From: a phage
Sequence record: PZ583743.1
Reading direction: 5' to 3' (one strand)
DNA: 64,000 nt
This document shows, piece by piece, positions 10,323-20,811 of this stretch; the stretch's first letter is position 1; each line of letters begins with the position of its first letter. Made by a program: the position numbers and the translations under genes. The notes below the pieces were generated by a model. It worked only from the letters and a program-made list of their open reading frames with translations. It was not told the origin of the DNA and did not search any database.

Positions 10323-10356
10323 CTTATTATTGAAAACACAATAGGAGCCCGGGAGA

Positions 10357-13300
10357 ATGGCCGAGATTAAAAGAAAGTTCAGAGCAGAAGATGGTCTGGA
10401 CGCAGGTGGCGATAAAATAATCAATGTAGCTTTAGCTGATCGTACCGTAGGAACTGACGGTGTTAACGTTGATTACTTAATTCAAGAAAACACAGTTCAA
10501 CAATATGATCCAACTCGTGGATATTTAAAAGATTTTGTAATCATTTATAATAATCGTTTTTGGGCAGCAACGGATAATATTCCAAAACCTGCTGGAAGTT
10601 TTAATAGAATTCGTTGGAAAGCATTACGTACTGATGCCGTATATACAACCGTATCATCTGGACCATATCAATTAAAATCCGGAGAAGCAATTTCAGTAGA
10701 TACATCAGTTGGTAATGACATTGAGTTTAATTTACCACCTTCTCCGCTTGATGGAGAAACCGTAATAATTCAAGATATTGGTGGAAAACCTGGTATAAAT
10801 CAGGTTAAAATAAATTCTTCAAATCAGAGTATTGTTAATTTTAGAGGTGAACAAGTACGTTCAGTTCTAATGACTCATCCAAAGTCACAGATGATATTCA
10901 TTTTTAATAATCGTTTGTGGCAAATGTATGTTGCTGATTATAGCAGAGAAGCTGCGATTGTTACTCCATCGACTGCATATCAAGCACAATCTAATGATTT
11001 TATCGTGCGTAGATTTACTTCCGCTGCGCCGATTAATATTAAACTTCCGAGATTTGCTAATCATGGCGATATTATTAATTTCGTTGATTTAGATAAATTA
11101 AATCCACTTTATCATACAATTGTCACGACATATGATGAAACAACTTCAGTACAAGAAGTTGGAACTCATTCTATTGAAGGCCGTACATCGATTGACGGTT
11201 TCTTGATGTTTGACGATAATGAAAAATTATGGAGATTGTTTGACGGGGATAGTAAAGCACGTTTACGCATTATAACAACTAATTCTAATATTCGTCCAAA
11301 TGAAGAAGTTATGGTATTTGGTGCGAATAACGGAACAGCCCAAACAATTGAACTTCAGCTTCCAACCGATATTTCCATTGGTGATACTGTTAAAATTTCC
11401 ATGAATTACATGAGAAAAGGACAAACAGTTAAAATCAAAGCTGCCGGTGAAGATAAAATTGCTTCTTCAGTTCAATTGCTGCAATTCCCAAAACGCTCAG
11501 AATATCCACCTGAAGCTGAATGGGTGACTGTCCAAGAATTAGTTTTCAATGGTGAAACTAATTATGTTCCGGTTTTACAACTTGCTTATATAGAAGATTC
11601 TGACGGAAAATACTGGGTTGTACAACAAAACGTTCCAACGGTTGAAAGAGTCGATTCTTTAAATAATTCTACTAGAGCAAGATTAGGCGTAATTGCTTTA
11701 GCTACACAAGCTCAAGCTAACGTCGATTTAGAAAATTCTCCGCAAAAAGAATTAGCAATTACACCAGAAACATTAGCTAACCGTACTGCTACAGAAACTC
11801 GTAGAGGTATCGCAAGAATAGCAACTACTGCTCAAGTAAATCAGAACACTACATTCTCTTTTGCAGATGACCTTATCATCACTCCTAAAAAGCTGAATGA
11901 AAGAACTGCTACAGAAACTCGTAGAGGTGTTGCTGAAATTGCTACACAGCAAGAAACTAACGCAGGTACTGATGATACTACAATCATCACTCCTAAAAAG
12001 CTTCAAGCTCGTCAAGGTTCTGAATCATTATCTGGTATTGTAACCTTTGTATCTACCGCAGGAGCTACTCCAGCTTCTAGTCGTGAATTAAATGGTACGA
12101 ATGTTTATAATAAAAACACTAATAATTTAGTTGTTTCGCCTAAAGCTTTGGATCAGTATAAAGCTACTCCAACCCAACAAGGCGCAGTAATTTTAGCAGT
12201 TGAAAGTGAAGTAATTGCTGGACAAAGCCAAGAAGGATGGGCAAATGCGGTTGTAACGCCAGAAACGTTACATAAAAAGACATCAACTGATGCAAGAATT
12301 GGTTTAATTGAAATTGCTACACAAAGTGAAGTTAATACAGGAACTGACTATACTCGTGCAGTCACTCCTAAAACTTTAAATGACCGTAGAGCAACTGAAA
12401 GTTTAAGTGGTATAGCTGAAATTGCTACACAAGTTGAATTCGACGCAGGCGTCGACGATACTCGTATCTCTACACCATTAAAAATTAAAACCAGATTTAA
12501 TAGTACTGATCGTACTTCTGTTGTTGCTCTATCTGGATTAGTTGAATCAGGAACTCTCTGGGACCATTATACCCTTAATATTCTTGAAGCAAATGAGACA
12601 CAGCGTGGTACACTTCGTGTAGCTACACAAGTTGAAGCTGCTGCAGGAACATTGGATAATGTTCTAATAACTCCTAAAAAGCTTTTAGGTACTAAATCTA
12701 CTGAAGCACAGGAAGGCGTTATTAAAGTTGCAACTCGGTCTGAAACTGTAGCTGGAACGTCAGCAAATACTGCTGTATCTCCAAAAAATTTAAAATGGAT
12801 TGTGCAGAGTGAACCAACTTGGGCAGCAACTACTCTGATAAGAGGGTTTGTTAAAACTTCATCTGGTTCAATTACATTCGTTGGTAATGATACCGTTGGT
12901 TCAACGCAGTCATTAGAATCATATGAGAAAAATGGTTATGCAGTATCACCATATGAATTAAATCGCGTATTAGCAAATTATTTGCCATTAAAAGCAAAAG
13001 CCGTAGATAGTAATTTATTAGATGGTCTAGATTCGCTCCAGTTCATTCGTAGGGACATTGCACAAACAGTTAATGGTTCACTAACCTTAACGCAACAAAC
13101 GAATCTGAGTGCCCCTCTTGTATCATCTAGTACTGCTACGTTTGGTGGATCAGTTTCGGCAAATAGTACATTAACTATTTCTAATACTGGAACGGCAACT
13201 CGTCTGATTTTTGAAAAAGGACCTCAAACTGGGACGAACCCAGCTCAAACGATGACAGTCAGAGTGTGGGGAAATCAATTCAGCGGTGAATCGGACACAA

Positions 13301-14226
13301 CACGTTCTACCGTATTTGAAGTTAGTGATGAAACGTCTAATCACTTTTATTCTCAGCGCAATAAAGCTGGTAATATAACATTTAATATAAACGGTACAGT
13401 AACGCCGATAAATGTGAATGCTTCAGGAACATTGAATGCGAATGGCGTTGCAACATTTGGTAATTCAGTCACTGCTAATGGCGAATTTATCAGTAAATCA
13501 TCGAATGCTTTTAGAGCAATAAACGGTGATTATGGATTCTTTATTCGTAATGATGGTGCTAACACCTATTTTATGCTTACTGCATCTGGTGATCAGACCG
13601 GTGGATTTAATGGATTACGTCCTTTAACTATTAATAATGCATCTGGTCAAGTAACGATTGGTGAAAGCTTAATCATTGCCAAAGGTGCTACTATAAGTTC
13701 AGGTGGTTTAACTGTTAACTCGAGAATTCGTTCTCAGGGTACTAAAACCTCTGATTTATATACCCGTGCGCCAACATCTGATACTGTAGGATTCTGGTCA
13801 ATCGATATTAATGATTCAGCCACTTATAACCAGTTCCCGGGTTATTTTAAAATGGTTGAAAAAACTAATGAAGTTACTGGACTTCCATACTTAGAACGTG
13901 GTGAAGAAGTTAAATCTCCTGGTACATTGACTCAGTTTGGTAACACACTTGATTCACTTTACCAAGATTGGATTACTTATCCAACGACCCCAGAAGCACG
14001 TACCACTCGCTGGACACGTACATGGCAGAAAACCAAAAACTCTTGGTCAAGTTTTGTTCAGGTATTTGACGGAGGTAACCCTCCTCAACCTTCAGATATA
14101 GGAGCGATCCCATCTGATAATGGAATAATAGGTAATCTTACTATTCGTGATTTCTTGCGAATTGGTAATGTTCGCATTATTCCTGACCCAGTGAATAAAA
14201 CTGTTAAATTTGAGTGGATTGAATAA
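10357..14226 (+). CDS. 34: Long tail fibre proximal subunit gp34
   Basis: 1289 aa, same length as T4 gp34; internal TPKKL repeats; TATAAATA late promoter upstream. Confidence 0.95.
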   Translation: MAEIKRKFRAEDGLDAGGDKIINVALADRTVGTDGVNVDYLIQENTVQQYDPTRGYLKDFVIIYNNRFWAATDNIPKPAGSFNRIRWKALRTDAVYTTVSSGPYQLKSGEAISVDTSVGNDIEFNLPPSPLDGETVIIQDIGGKPGINQVKINSSNQSIVNFRGEQVRSVLMTHPKSQMIFIFNNRLWQMYVADYSREAAIVTPSTAYQAQSNDFIVRRFTSAAPINIKLPRFANHGDIINFVDLDKLNPLYHTIVTTYDETTSVQEVGTHSIEGRTSIDGFLMFDDNEKLWRLFDGDSKARLRIITTNSNIRPNEEVMVFGANNGTAQTIELQLPTDISIGDTVKISMNYMRKGQTVKIKAAGEDKIASSVQLLQFPKRSEYPPEAEWVTVQELVFNGETNYVPVLQLAYIEDSDGKYWVVQQNVPTVERVDSLNNSTRARLGVIALATQAQANVDLENSPQKELAITPETLANRTATETRRGIARIATTAQVNQNTTFSFADDLIITPKKLNERTATETRRGVAEIATQQETNAGTDDTTIITPKKLQARQGSESLSGIVTFVSTAGATPASSRELNGTNVYNKNTNNLVVSPKALDQYKATPTQQGAVILAVESEVIAGQSQEGWANAVVTPETLHKKTSTDARIGLIEIATQSEVNTGTDYTRAVTPKTLNDRRATESLSGIAEIATQVEFDAGVDDTRISTPLKIKTRFNSTDRTSVVALSGLVESGTLWDHYTLNILEANETQRGTLRVATQVEAAAGTLDNVLITPKKLLGTKSTEAQEGVIKVATRSETVAGTSANTAVSPKNLKWIVQSEPTWAATTLIRGFVKTSSGSITFVGNDTVGSTQSLESYEKNGYAVSPYELNRVLANYLPLKAKAVDSNLLDGLDSLQFIRRDIAQTVNGSLTLTQQTNLSAPLVSSSTATFGGSVSANSTLTISNTGTATRLIFEKGPQTGTNPAQTMTVRVWGNQFSGESDTTRSTVFEVSDETSNHFYSQRNKAGNITFNINGTVTPINVNASGTLNANGVATFGNSVTANGEFISKSSNAFRAINGDYGFFIRNDGANTYFMLTASGDQTGGFNGLRPLTINNASGQVTIGESLIIAKGATISSGGLTVNSRIRSQGTKTSDLYTRAPTSDTVGFWSIDINDSATYNQFPGYFKMVEKTNEVTGLPYLERGEEVKSPGTLTQFGNTLDSLYQDWITYPTTPEARTTRWTRTWQKTKNSWSSFVQVFDGGNPPQPSDIGAIPSDNGIIGNLTIRDFLRIGNVRIIPDPVNKTVKFEWIE
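11760..12720 (+). repeat. Tandem coding repeats in gene 34 (about 120-bp units)
   Basis: Repeated actgctacagaaactcgtagaggt and actcctaaaaagct segments at 120-bp spacing. Confidence 0.6.
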
Positions 14227-14234
14227 GAGGTATT

Positions 14235-15350
14235 ATGGAAAAATTTATGGCAGAGTTTGGACAAGGATACGTCCAAACGCCATTTTTATCGGAAAGTAAT
14301 TCAGTAAGATATAAAATAAGTATAGCGGGTTCTTGCCCGCTTTCTACAGCAGGACCGTATGTTAAATTTCAGGATAATCCTGTCGGAAATCAAACATTTA
14401 GCGCAGGTCTTCATTTAAGAGTTTTTGACCCTTCAACAGGAGCATTAGTTGATAGTAAGTCATATGCTTTTTCTACTTCAAATAATACTACATCAGCTGC
14501 TTTTGTTAGTTTCATGAATTCTTTGTCAAACAATAGACTTGTTGCTATATTAACTAGCGGAAAGGTTAATTTTCCTCCTGAAGTGGTATCTTGGTTAAGG
14601 GGAGCAGGAACTTCAGTTTTTCCATCAGATTCAGTATTGTCAAGATTTGACGTATCATATGCTGCTTTTTATACTTCTTCTAAAAGAGCTATTGCATTAG
14701 AGCATGTTAAACTAAGTAATAGAAAAAGCACAGATGATTATCAAACTATTTTAGATGTTGTATTTGATAGTTTAGAAGACGTCGGAGCTACGGGATTTCC
14801 TAAAAGAACATATGAAAGTGTCGAGCAATTTATGTCAGCGGTTGGTGGAACTAATAACGAAATTGCGCGATTGCCAACTTCAGCTGCTATAAGTAAACTA
14901 TCTGATTATAATTTAATTCCTGGTGATGTTCTTTATCTTAAAGCACAGTTATATGCTGATGCTGATTTACTTGATCTTGGAACTACAAACATATCCATTC
15001 GTTTTTATGATGCATCAAATGGATATATTTCCTCTACCCAAGCTGAGTTTACTGGGCAAGCTGGGTCTTGGGAATTAAAGGAAGATTATGTAGTTGTTCC
15101 TGAAAATGCAGTCGGATTTACTATATATGCGCAGAGAACTGCTCAAGCTGGTCAAGGCGGCATGAGGAATTTAAGCTTTTCTGAAGTATCAAGAAATGGC
15201 GGCATTTCAAAACCTGCCGAATTTGGCGTCAACGGTATTCGCGTTAATTATGTCTGTGAATCGGCTTCACCTCCAGATATAATGGTACTTCCTACACAAG
15301 CCTCTTCTAAAACTGGCAAAGTGTTTGGGCAAGAATTTAGAGAAGTTTAA
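14235..15350 (+). CDS. 35: Long tail fibre hinge protein gp35
   Basis: 371 aa (T4 gp35 372 aa); follows 34. Confidence 0.9.
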   Translation: MEKFMAEFGQGYVQTPFLSESNSVRYKISIAGSCPLSTAGPYVKFQDNPVGNQTFSAGLHLRVFDPSTGALVDSKSYAFSTSNNTTSAAFVSFMNSLSNNRLVAILTSGKVNFPPEVVSWLRGAGTSVFPSDSVLSRFDVSYAAFYTSSKRAIALEHVKLSNRKSTDDYQTILDVVFDSLEDVGATGFPKRTYESVEQFMSAVGGTNNEIARLPTSAAISKLSDYNLIPGDVLYLKAQLYADADLLDLGTTNISIRFYDASNGYISSTQAEFTGQAGSWELKEDYVVVPENAVGFTIYAQRTAQAGQGGMRNLSFSEVSRNGGISKPAEFGVNGIRVNYVCESASPPDIMVLPTQASSKTGKVFGQEFREV

Positions 15351-15355
15351 ACTGA

Positions 15356-15380
15356 GGGAGCCTTCGGGTTCCCTTTTTCT
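15356..15380 (+). terminator. Rho-independent terminator after gene 35
   Basis: Hairpin gggagcc-ttcg-ggttccc followed by tttttct. Confidence 0.6.
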
Positions 15381-15381
15381 T

Positions 15382-15389
15382 TATAAATA
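15382..15389 (+). promoter_or_regulatory. Late promoter TATAAATA for gene 36
   Basis: Exact TATAAATA 24 nt upstream of gene 36 ATG. Confidence 0.65.
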
Positions 15390-15412
15390 ATATTAAAATA
15401 AAGGGGCATATA

Positions 15413-16063
15413 ATGGCTGATTTAAAAGTAGGTTCAACTGTGGGTGGATCTGTCATTTGGCATCAAGGAAATTTTCCATTGAATTCAGCCGGTGACGATG
15501 TACTCTACAAATCATTTAAAATATATTCAGAATATAATAAACCGCAGGCAGCTGATAACGATTTCGTTTCTAAAGCTAATGGTGGTACTTACACCGGTCC
15601 AATTACTATTAATTACGGGGTAAATAGTTATCTTCAATTAAGTAATAATGAAACCCCAATTCGAATTCGTTCTGGCGGCGGTACCGGTAATACTCTTGTA
15701 GTTGGCGGCTCTTCCGGTGGTATTAGTTTTAGACCTGCAGGTAGTGAAATCACTACTGGGCAAATTACTATTACGCCAGAAGGTTTGACAACATTTACTA
15801 GGGCTGTAACGGCTCCATCGGTAACTGTTACATCTACTCCTTCCGCAGCATCTGATGTTACTCGTAAAGATTATGTCGATGGAGCAATAAATACTGTTAC
15901 GGCAAATGCAAACTCTAGGGTATTACGCTCTGGAGATACTATGACAGGAAATTTAACTGCGCCAAACCTTTTTTCACAGAATCCTGCATCTCAACCCTCA
16001 CATGTTCCACGATTTGACCAAATCGTGATTAAGGATTCTGTTCAAGATTTCGGCTATTATTAA
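15413..16063 (+). CDS. 36: Long tail fibre distal small subunit gp36
   Basis: 216 aa; late promoter and upstream terminator; between 35 and 37. Confidence 0.9.
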   Translation: MADLKVGSTVGGSVIWHQGNFPLNSAGDDVLYKSFKIYSEYNKPQAADNDFVSKANGGTYTGPITINYGVNSYLQLSNNETPIRIRSGGGTGNTLVVGGSSGGISFRPAGSEITTGQITITPEGLTTFTRAVTAPSVTVTSTPSAASDVTRKDYVDGAINTVTANANSRVLRSGDTMTGNLTAPNLFSQNPASQPSHVPRFDQIVIKDSVQDFGYY

Positions 16064-16071
16064 GAGGACTT

Positions 16072-19020
16072 ATGGCTACTTTAAAACAAATACAATTTAA
16101 AAGAAGCAAAACTGCAGGTCAACTTCCTGCCGCTTCAGTATTAGCCGAAGGTGAATTGGCTATTAATTTAAAAGATAAAACAATTTTCACAAAAGATGAC
16201 TCAGGCAATGTTATAGAATTAGGTTTAAAATATGGAGGAACAATTGATGGTTCTTTAACTGTTAATGGAAATATAATTGGAAATTTAACAGGTAACGCTG
16301 CAACTGCAACGAAATTAAAAACAGCACGAAAAATTAATGGTATATCCTTTGATGGGTCAAAAGATATCACGCTAACTCCATCTGACATAAATGTCAATAG
16401 CACAACATTTATAAAAAATAATGGCGAATTACCTGTTGATGCTAATTTAGATGAGTATGGGCCTGTTGAAGAATATCTTGGAGTTTGGTCGAAAGCAACT
16501 TCAACCAACGCTCAACCAGCAAATAAATTTCCAGAACAAAATGCTGTAGGTGTGCTAGAAGTATTTGTGGCCGGTCAATTTGCTGGTACTCAGAGATATA
16601 CAACTAGATACGGAAATGTTTATATTCGTTCCTTGACTGCTACATGGAACGGAGTAAATGGTCCGTGGAGTGTGTGGCGAAATATTCAATCCGGTACTCG
16701 TCCACTGTCAACAACAATTGATCTTAATGATCTAGGAGGCGCTGAACACTTTGGTTTGTGGCGAAATAGTTCAAATTCCATTGCTACCTTTGACAGAAAT
16801 TTCCCAGAAGAAGGATCGTCAGCTCAAGGACTTTTAGAAGTATATGAAGGTGGAAACTATTCTCGCACACAGAGATATACGACCAGATTTGGTGTTGTTT
16901 ATACTCGCTGTCTTACTGCTGCGTGGGATGCTTCTGCGCCTAAATGGGGACCGTGGCAACAAGTCGGTAATGTCACACCGGCGACTTTCTATGACGGAAA
17001 CCTGAATGATTTTAAAACTCCTGGGTTATATAATATTTTAGGCACTGATGCCGTTATTAATTGTCCTACAGGCGAAGGTTTACCAGCCGTTATTGTTGGT
17101 TTGCTGGAAGTTAAACAACGTGCTTCTGGCGGTGCTATTTTCCAAAAATTTACTACTGCCGGAACGGGTGAAACTACTCGCGATCGTATTTTTGAGCGCG
17201 CATATACCGGCGGTGCGTGGGGTGCATGGAACGAAGTATATACATCTTATTCTCTGCCAATTACTTTGGGTATGGGTGGTATTAAAGCTCAATTAGCGGA
17301 GTTAGATTGGCAAACCTTTGATTTTGTCCCTGGTAGTATGTTTAGCGTTCCTTTGAACAAAATAAAGAACATGCCAGCTAATATGGATTGGGGTACGATT
17401 GACGGAAACTTAATTATGTTTTCTGTTGGTCCTAGCGAGCACACCAGCACAGGACGTACTGTTCAGGTTTGGCGTGGTACTGTATCCCAGACAAACTACC
17501 GTTATTTTGTCGTTCGTGTATTCGGTAATTCAGGAAATAGAACTTGCACAGTTCGTCGCGTTGTTCTTGAAGATGGTCGCCATTCTTGGACGGCACAACA
17601 AGATTTTAGGGGCGCGGTTAATCTTTACGGTGCTACATATCTTCGTTCAAACAATAAATTAACATTAGATCCGAGTGCATATATTCAAGCACCAGCAAGC
17701 GGTTCTGGTTCTAATACTTACGCAAATCAGAATACTACTATTGCGCCATTATATCAGGCCATTGACGATTCAAATAAAAACCAGTTTGCTCCTATTGTAA
17801 AACAGAAAAACACTGTAACAAATATTACTATGGCTTCTGGTATGGATATTGCTAGTTCAGAATATCGTATCATTGCTCAAGGTGATTTATCCGCTACTGG
17901 AACTACAGCTAATGAATTAGCTACATGGCGTTTCTTGCCGTCTGGCCGATTCATGTCACAAAGCCGAGTTTATGCTGGCGCAGCATTCCTTAATACCGAT
18001 GGTAATATTGCTGGTTCAATCTGGAAGAAATATAACAATGCGACAAATTTAGATGCTGCCTTGAATACTCGCGTAGGTAAAGGCGGTGATACGATGACAG
18101 GTCGGTTAACAATCAATGCACCTAATGATTCTATCGTATTATCAACAACTGCTAGTAATTCTTTGCATATTCGCGGTGACATAGACGGGACTGGTAACTG
18201 GTATATTGGCAAGGGTGGTGCTGATAATTCGCTAGCATTTTATAGCTATGCTACTCAGGCGGCAGTACATATCACAAACAATGGTGAGATTTCGCTAAAT
18301 CCACAAAATATCGCAATGGTTAACGTTAACCGCGATCGTGTACACATTAACGGTTCTGGATGGATTGCTAGACAACCGGGTGATTGGGGCAACCAATGGC
18401 GAGTAGAAGCTCCATTATTCGTTGATCATGGTTATGTTTCACAGGATTGTTATTATCCTATTCTTAAAGCAAGAAGCGTTATAACCAATCAAGGATATAG
18501 CACCGCTGTTGACTTTGGTATGCGTCGTATTCCATCACAGTGGGGGCAAGCAATCATTCGTGTCGGATCCACGGAGGCTTCTCCTGATGCTGGACACCCA
18601 CAAGCTGTGTTTGAATTCCATCATGATGGATTCTTTTATACACCAGGAAATGGTAGCTTTAGCGATGTGTATATTCGTTCTGACTCCCGTCTCAAGATTA
18701 ATAAAGAAGAATTAGAATATGGAGCGGTCGAAAAAGTTTGCCGACTGAAAGTTTATATTTACGATAAAGTTAAGTCTATTAAAGACCGTAGTGTTATTAA
18801 ACGTGAAGTTGGTATTATTGCTCAGGACCTTGAAAAGGAATTACCGGAAGCTGTATCTAAAGTTGAAGTTGATGGATCTGATGTTCTGACAATTTCTAAC
18901 TCTGCTGTGAATGCTCTTTTAATTAAGGCTATTCAGGAAATGAGTGAAGAAATTAAAGAATTGAAAACGCCTCTCTTTACTAAAATTGTTCGCAAAATTA
19001 GTAAATATTTTAAATTCTAA
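16072..19020 (+). CDS. 37: Long tail fibre distal subunit gp37 with C-terminal intramolecular-chaperone-like domain
   Basis: 982 aa; internal triplicated module (LEVxxxG...QRYTTRxG.VY.R.LTA.W); C-terminal about 110 aa (SDSRLKINKEELEYGAV...GIIAQDLEKELPEAV...) resemble self-cleaving chaperone domains. Confidence 0.9.
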   Translation: MATLKQIQFKRSKTAGQLPAASVLAEGELAINLKDKTIFTKDDSGNVIELGLKYGGTIDGSLTVNGNIIGNLTGNAATATKLKTARKINGISFDGSKDITLTPSDINVNSTTFIKNNGELPVDANLDEYGPVEEYLGVWSKATSTNAQPANKFPEQNAVGVLEVFVAGQFAGTQRYTTRYGNVYIRSLTATWNGVNGPWSVWRNIQSGTRPLSTTIDLNDLGGAEHFGLWRNSSNSIATFDRNFPEEGSSAQGLLEVYEGGNYSRTQRYTTRFGVVYTRCLTAAWDASAPKWGPWQQVGNVTPATFYDGNLNDFKTPGLYNILGTDAVINCPTGEGLPAVIVGLLEVKQRASGGAIFQKFTTAGTGETTRDRIFERAYTGGAWGAWNEVYTSYSLPITLGMGGIKAQLAELDWQTFDFVPGSMFSVPLNKIKNMPANMDWGTIDGNLIMFSVGPSEHTSTGRTVQVWRGTVSQTNYRYFVVRVFGNSGNRTCTVRRVVLEDGRHSWTAQQDFRGAVNLYGATYLRSNNKLTLDPSAYIQAPASGSGSNTYANQNTTIAPLYQAIDDSNKNQFAPIVKQKNTVTNITMASGMDIASSEYRIIAQGDLSATGTTANELATWRFLPSGRFMSQSRVYAGAAFLNTDGNIAGSIWKKYNNATNLDAALNTRVGKGGDTMTGRLTINAPNDSIVLSTTASNSLHIRGDIDGTGNWYIGKGGADNSLAFYSYATQAAVHITNNGEISLNPQNIAMVNVNRDRVHINGSGWIARQPGDWGNQWRVEAPLFVDHGYVSQDCYYPILKARSVITNQGYSTAVDFGMRRIPSQWGQAIIRVGSTEASPDAGHPQAVFEFHHDGFFYTPGNGSFSDVYIRSDSRLKINKEELEYGAVEKVCRLKVYIYDKVKSIKDRSVIKREVGIIAQDLEKELPEAVSKVEVDGSDVLTISNSAVNALLIKAIQEMSEEIKELKTPLFTKIVRKISKYFKF

Positions 19021-19026
19021 CAACAA

Positions 19027-19044
19027 GGGGGAAATGCCCCCTTT
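19027..19044 (+). promoter_or_regulatory. Hairpin between genes 37 and 38
   Basis: ggggg-aaatg-ccccc then tttgg; TATAAATT (7/8 late-promoter match) follows. Confidence 0.35.
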
Positions 19045-19056
19045 GGAGTATAAATT

Positions 19057-19839
19057 ATGGCAGTAGTTAGTGTTCCTGGTTGGATTGGAAGTTCAGCCGC
19101 AAATGAAACAGGGCAACGATGGATGAGTCAAGCGGCTGGTCAACTAAGATTGGGTGTTCCTTGCTGGATGAGTCAATTTTCAGGTCGCTCGCGAGAAATT
19201 ATTCATACACTTGGTGCAGACCATAACTTCAATGGTCAGTGGTTCCGTGATAGATGCTTTGAGGCAGGTAGTACACCTATAGTGTTTAATATTACAGGTG
19301 ATTTAGTATCATATTCTAAAGATGTTCCTTTATTCTTTATGTACGGAGATACACCGAATGAATATGTTCAGTTGAATATACATGGCGTAACGATGTATGG
19401 TCGTGGCGGGAATGGCGGTAGCAATAGTCCTGGATCAGCTGGGGGTCATTGTATTCAAAATGATATTGGTGGGAGACTAAGAATTAATAATGGCGGAGCT
19501 ATTGCTGGCGGTGGCGGTGGCGGTGGCGGCGGATATTATTCTCCTTTTTCACAAATGAGATTGACCTTTGGCGGTGGCGGCGGTCGTCCGTTTGGCGCTC
19601 CGGGCGGATCTATTGATATGCAATCAGGAGCAACTGCTGGTACTATTTCTGCACCAGGCTCAGGGTCTGTGAACGGTATCTATAGCGGCGGGTCTGGTGG
19701 TGAAGTTGGATCCGCAGGGGGTAGATGTAATATTCGTGGTCAAGGATATGAATACGATGGCGGAGCTGCTGGTTATGCCGTCATAGGGTCTACGCCGACA
19801 TGGCAAAACGTTGGAGCAATATATGGTCCAAGAGTATAA
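19057..19839 (+). CDS. 38: T2-type receptor-recognising adhesin gp38 (glycine-rich motifs)
   Basis: 260 aa with [25 protein letters not shown] and [12 protein letters not shown] motifs; T4 gp38 is a 183-aa chaperone without these. Confidence 0.85.
   Translation: MAVVSVPGWIGSSAANETGQRWMSQAAGQLRLGVPCWMSQFSGRSREIIHTLGADHNFNGQWFRDRCFEAGSTPIVFNITGDLVSYSKDVPLFFMYGDTPNEYVQLNIHGVTMYGRGGNGGSNSPGSAGGHCIQNDIGGRLRINNGGAIAGGGGGGGGGYYSPFSQMRLTFGGGGGRPFGAPGGSIDMQSGATAGTISAPGSGSVNGIYSGGSGGEVGSAGGRCNIRGQGYEYDGGAAGYAVIGSTPTWQNVGAIYGPRV
19507..19585 (+). repeat. Glycine-codon (GGY)n tracts in gene 38
   Basis: ggcggtggcggtggcggtggcggcgga and ggcggtggcggcggt encode the poly-Gly motifs. Confidence 0.7.
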
Positions 19840-19869
19840 TTTGAATAAATATCCTTAAAAGGAGGGTCT

Positions 19870-20526
19870 ATGGCAGCACCTAGAATATCATTTTCGCCCT
19901 CTGATATTCTGTTGGGTGTTCTAGATCGCTTGTTCAAAGATAACGCTACCGGGAATGTTCTTGCTTCCCGGGTAGCTGTCGTAATTCTTTTATTTATGAT
20001 GGCGATTGTTTGGTATAGGGGAGATAGTTTCTTTGAGTACTATAAGCAATCAAAGTATGAAACATACAGTGAAATTATTGAAAAGGAAAGAAATGCACGC
20101 TTTGAATCTGTCGCCCTGGAACAACTCCAGATAGTTCATATATCATCTGAGGCAGACTTTAGTGCGGTGTATTCTTTCCGCCCTAAAAACTTAAACTATT
20201 TTGTTGATATTATAGCATATGAAGGAAAATTACCTTCAACAATAAGTGAAAAATCACTTGGAGGATATCCTGTTGATAAAACTATGGATGAATATACAGT
20301 TCATTTAAATGGACGTCATTATTATTCCAATTCAAAATTTGCTTTTTTACCAACTAAAAAGCCTACTCCCGAAATAAACTACATGTACAGTTGTCCATAT
20401 TTTAATTTGGATAATATCTATGCTGGAACAATAACCATGTACTGGTATAGAAATGATCATATAAGTAATGACCGCCTTGAATCAATATGTGCTCAGGCGG
20501 CCAGAATATTAGGAAGGGCTAAATAA
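19870..20526 (+). CDS. t: Holin T
   Basis: 218 aa, same length as T4 holin; N-terminal TM segment; follows 38. Confidence 0.9.
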   Translation: MAAPRISFSPSDILLGVLDRLFKDNATGNVLASRVAVVILLFMMAIVWYRGDSFFEYYKQSKYETYSEIIEKERNARFESVALEQLQIVHISSEADFSAVYSFRPKNLNYFVDIIAYEGKLPSTISEKSLGGYPVDKTMDEYTVHLNGRHYYSNSKFAFLPTKKPTPEINYMYSCPYFNLDNIYAGTITMYWYRNDHISNDRLESICAQAARILGRAK

Positions 20527-20799
20527 TTATTTGTTTGTATACATCTCTAGATATCGATATACACCCTCAAAACCCTCGTTGAATTCGTCGATGAGGGTTT
20601 TCTTATCTTCTTGAGTTAATTCAGAAACAATTTTACGGAATGAATTCTGATTTAACTTTCTACCTTCATGCGTTACTCCAATCTCATTCAGAAATGCAAT
20701 AAAATTAGCACGATTCTCAACAATATCTTCTCTGGAAAATTTAATCAAAATAGACGCAACAGTAATAATTTCACGAACTGTATCAATATTTTTATTCAT
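20527..20799 (-). CDS. asiA: Anti-sigma70 factor AsiA
   Basis: 90 aa; MNKNIDTVREIITVASILIKFSREDIVENRANFIAFLNEIGVTHEGRKL... matches T4 AsiA. Confidence 0.9.
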   Translation of the reverse strand: MNKNIDTVREIITVASILIKFSREDIVENRANFIAFLNEIGVTHEGRKLNQNSFRKIVSELTQEDKKTLIDEFNEGFEGVYRYLEMYTNK

Positions 20800-20811
20800 T
20801 AACTATACCAC

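Noticed and set aside
11773-12015. Minus-strand 80-aa ORF inside gene 34
   Set aside because: It falls within the tandem repeat region of gene 34; the open antisense frame is a by-product of the repeats (Ser/Cys-rich nonsense translation).
16119-18715. Antisense and alternative-frame ORFs inside gene 37 (16119..16508, 17048..17296, 17080..17292, 17426..17662, 17970..18212, 18509..18715)
   Set aside because: All are embedded in the 982-aa gp37 frame with no translation signals; gp37 is continuous and conserved.
19501-19590. Short GGC/GGT repeats as a possible CRISPR or VNTR element
   Set aside because: They are in-frame glycine codons inside gene 38, with no spacer-repeat periodicity.
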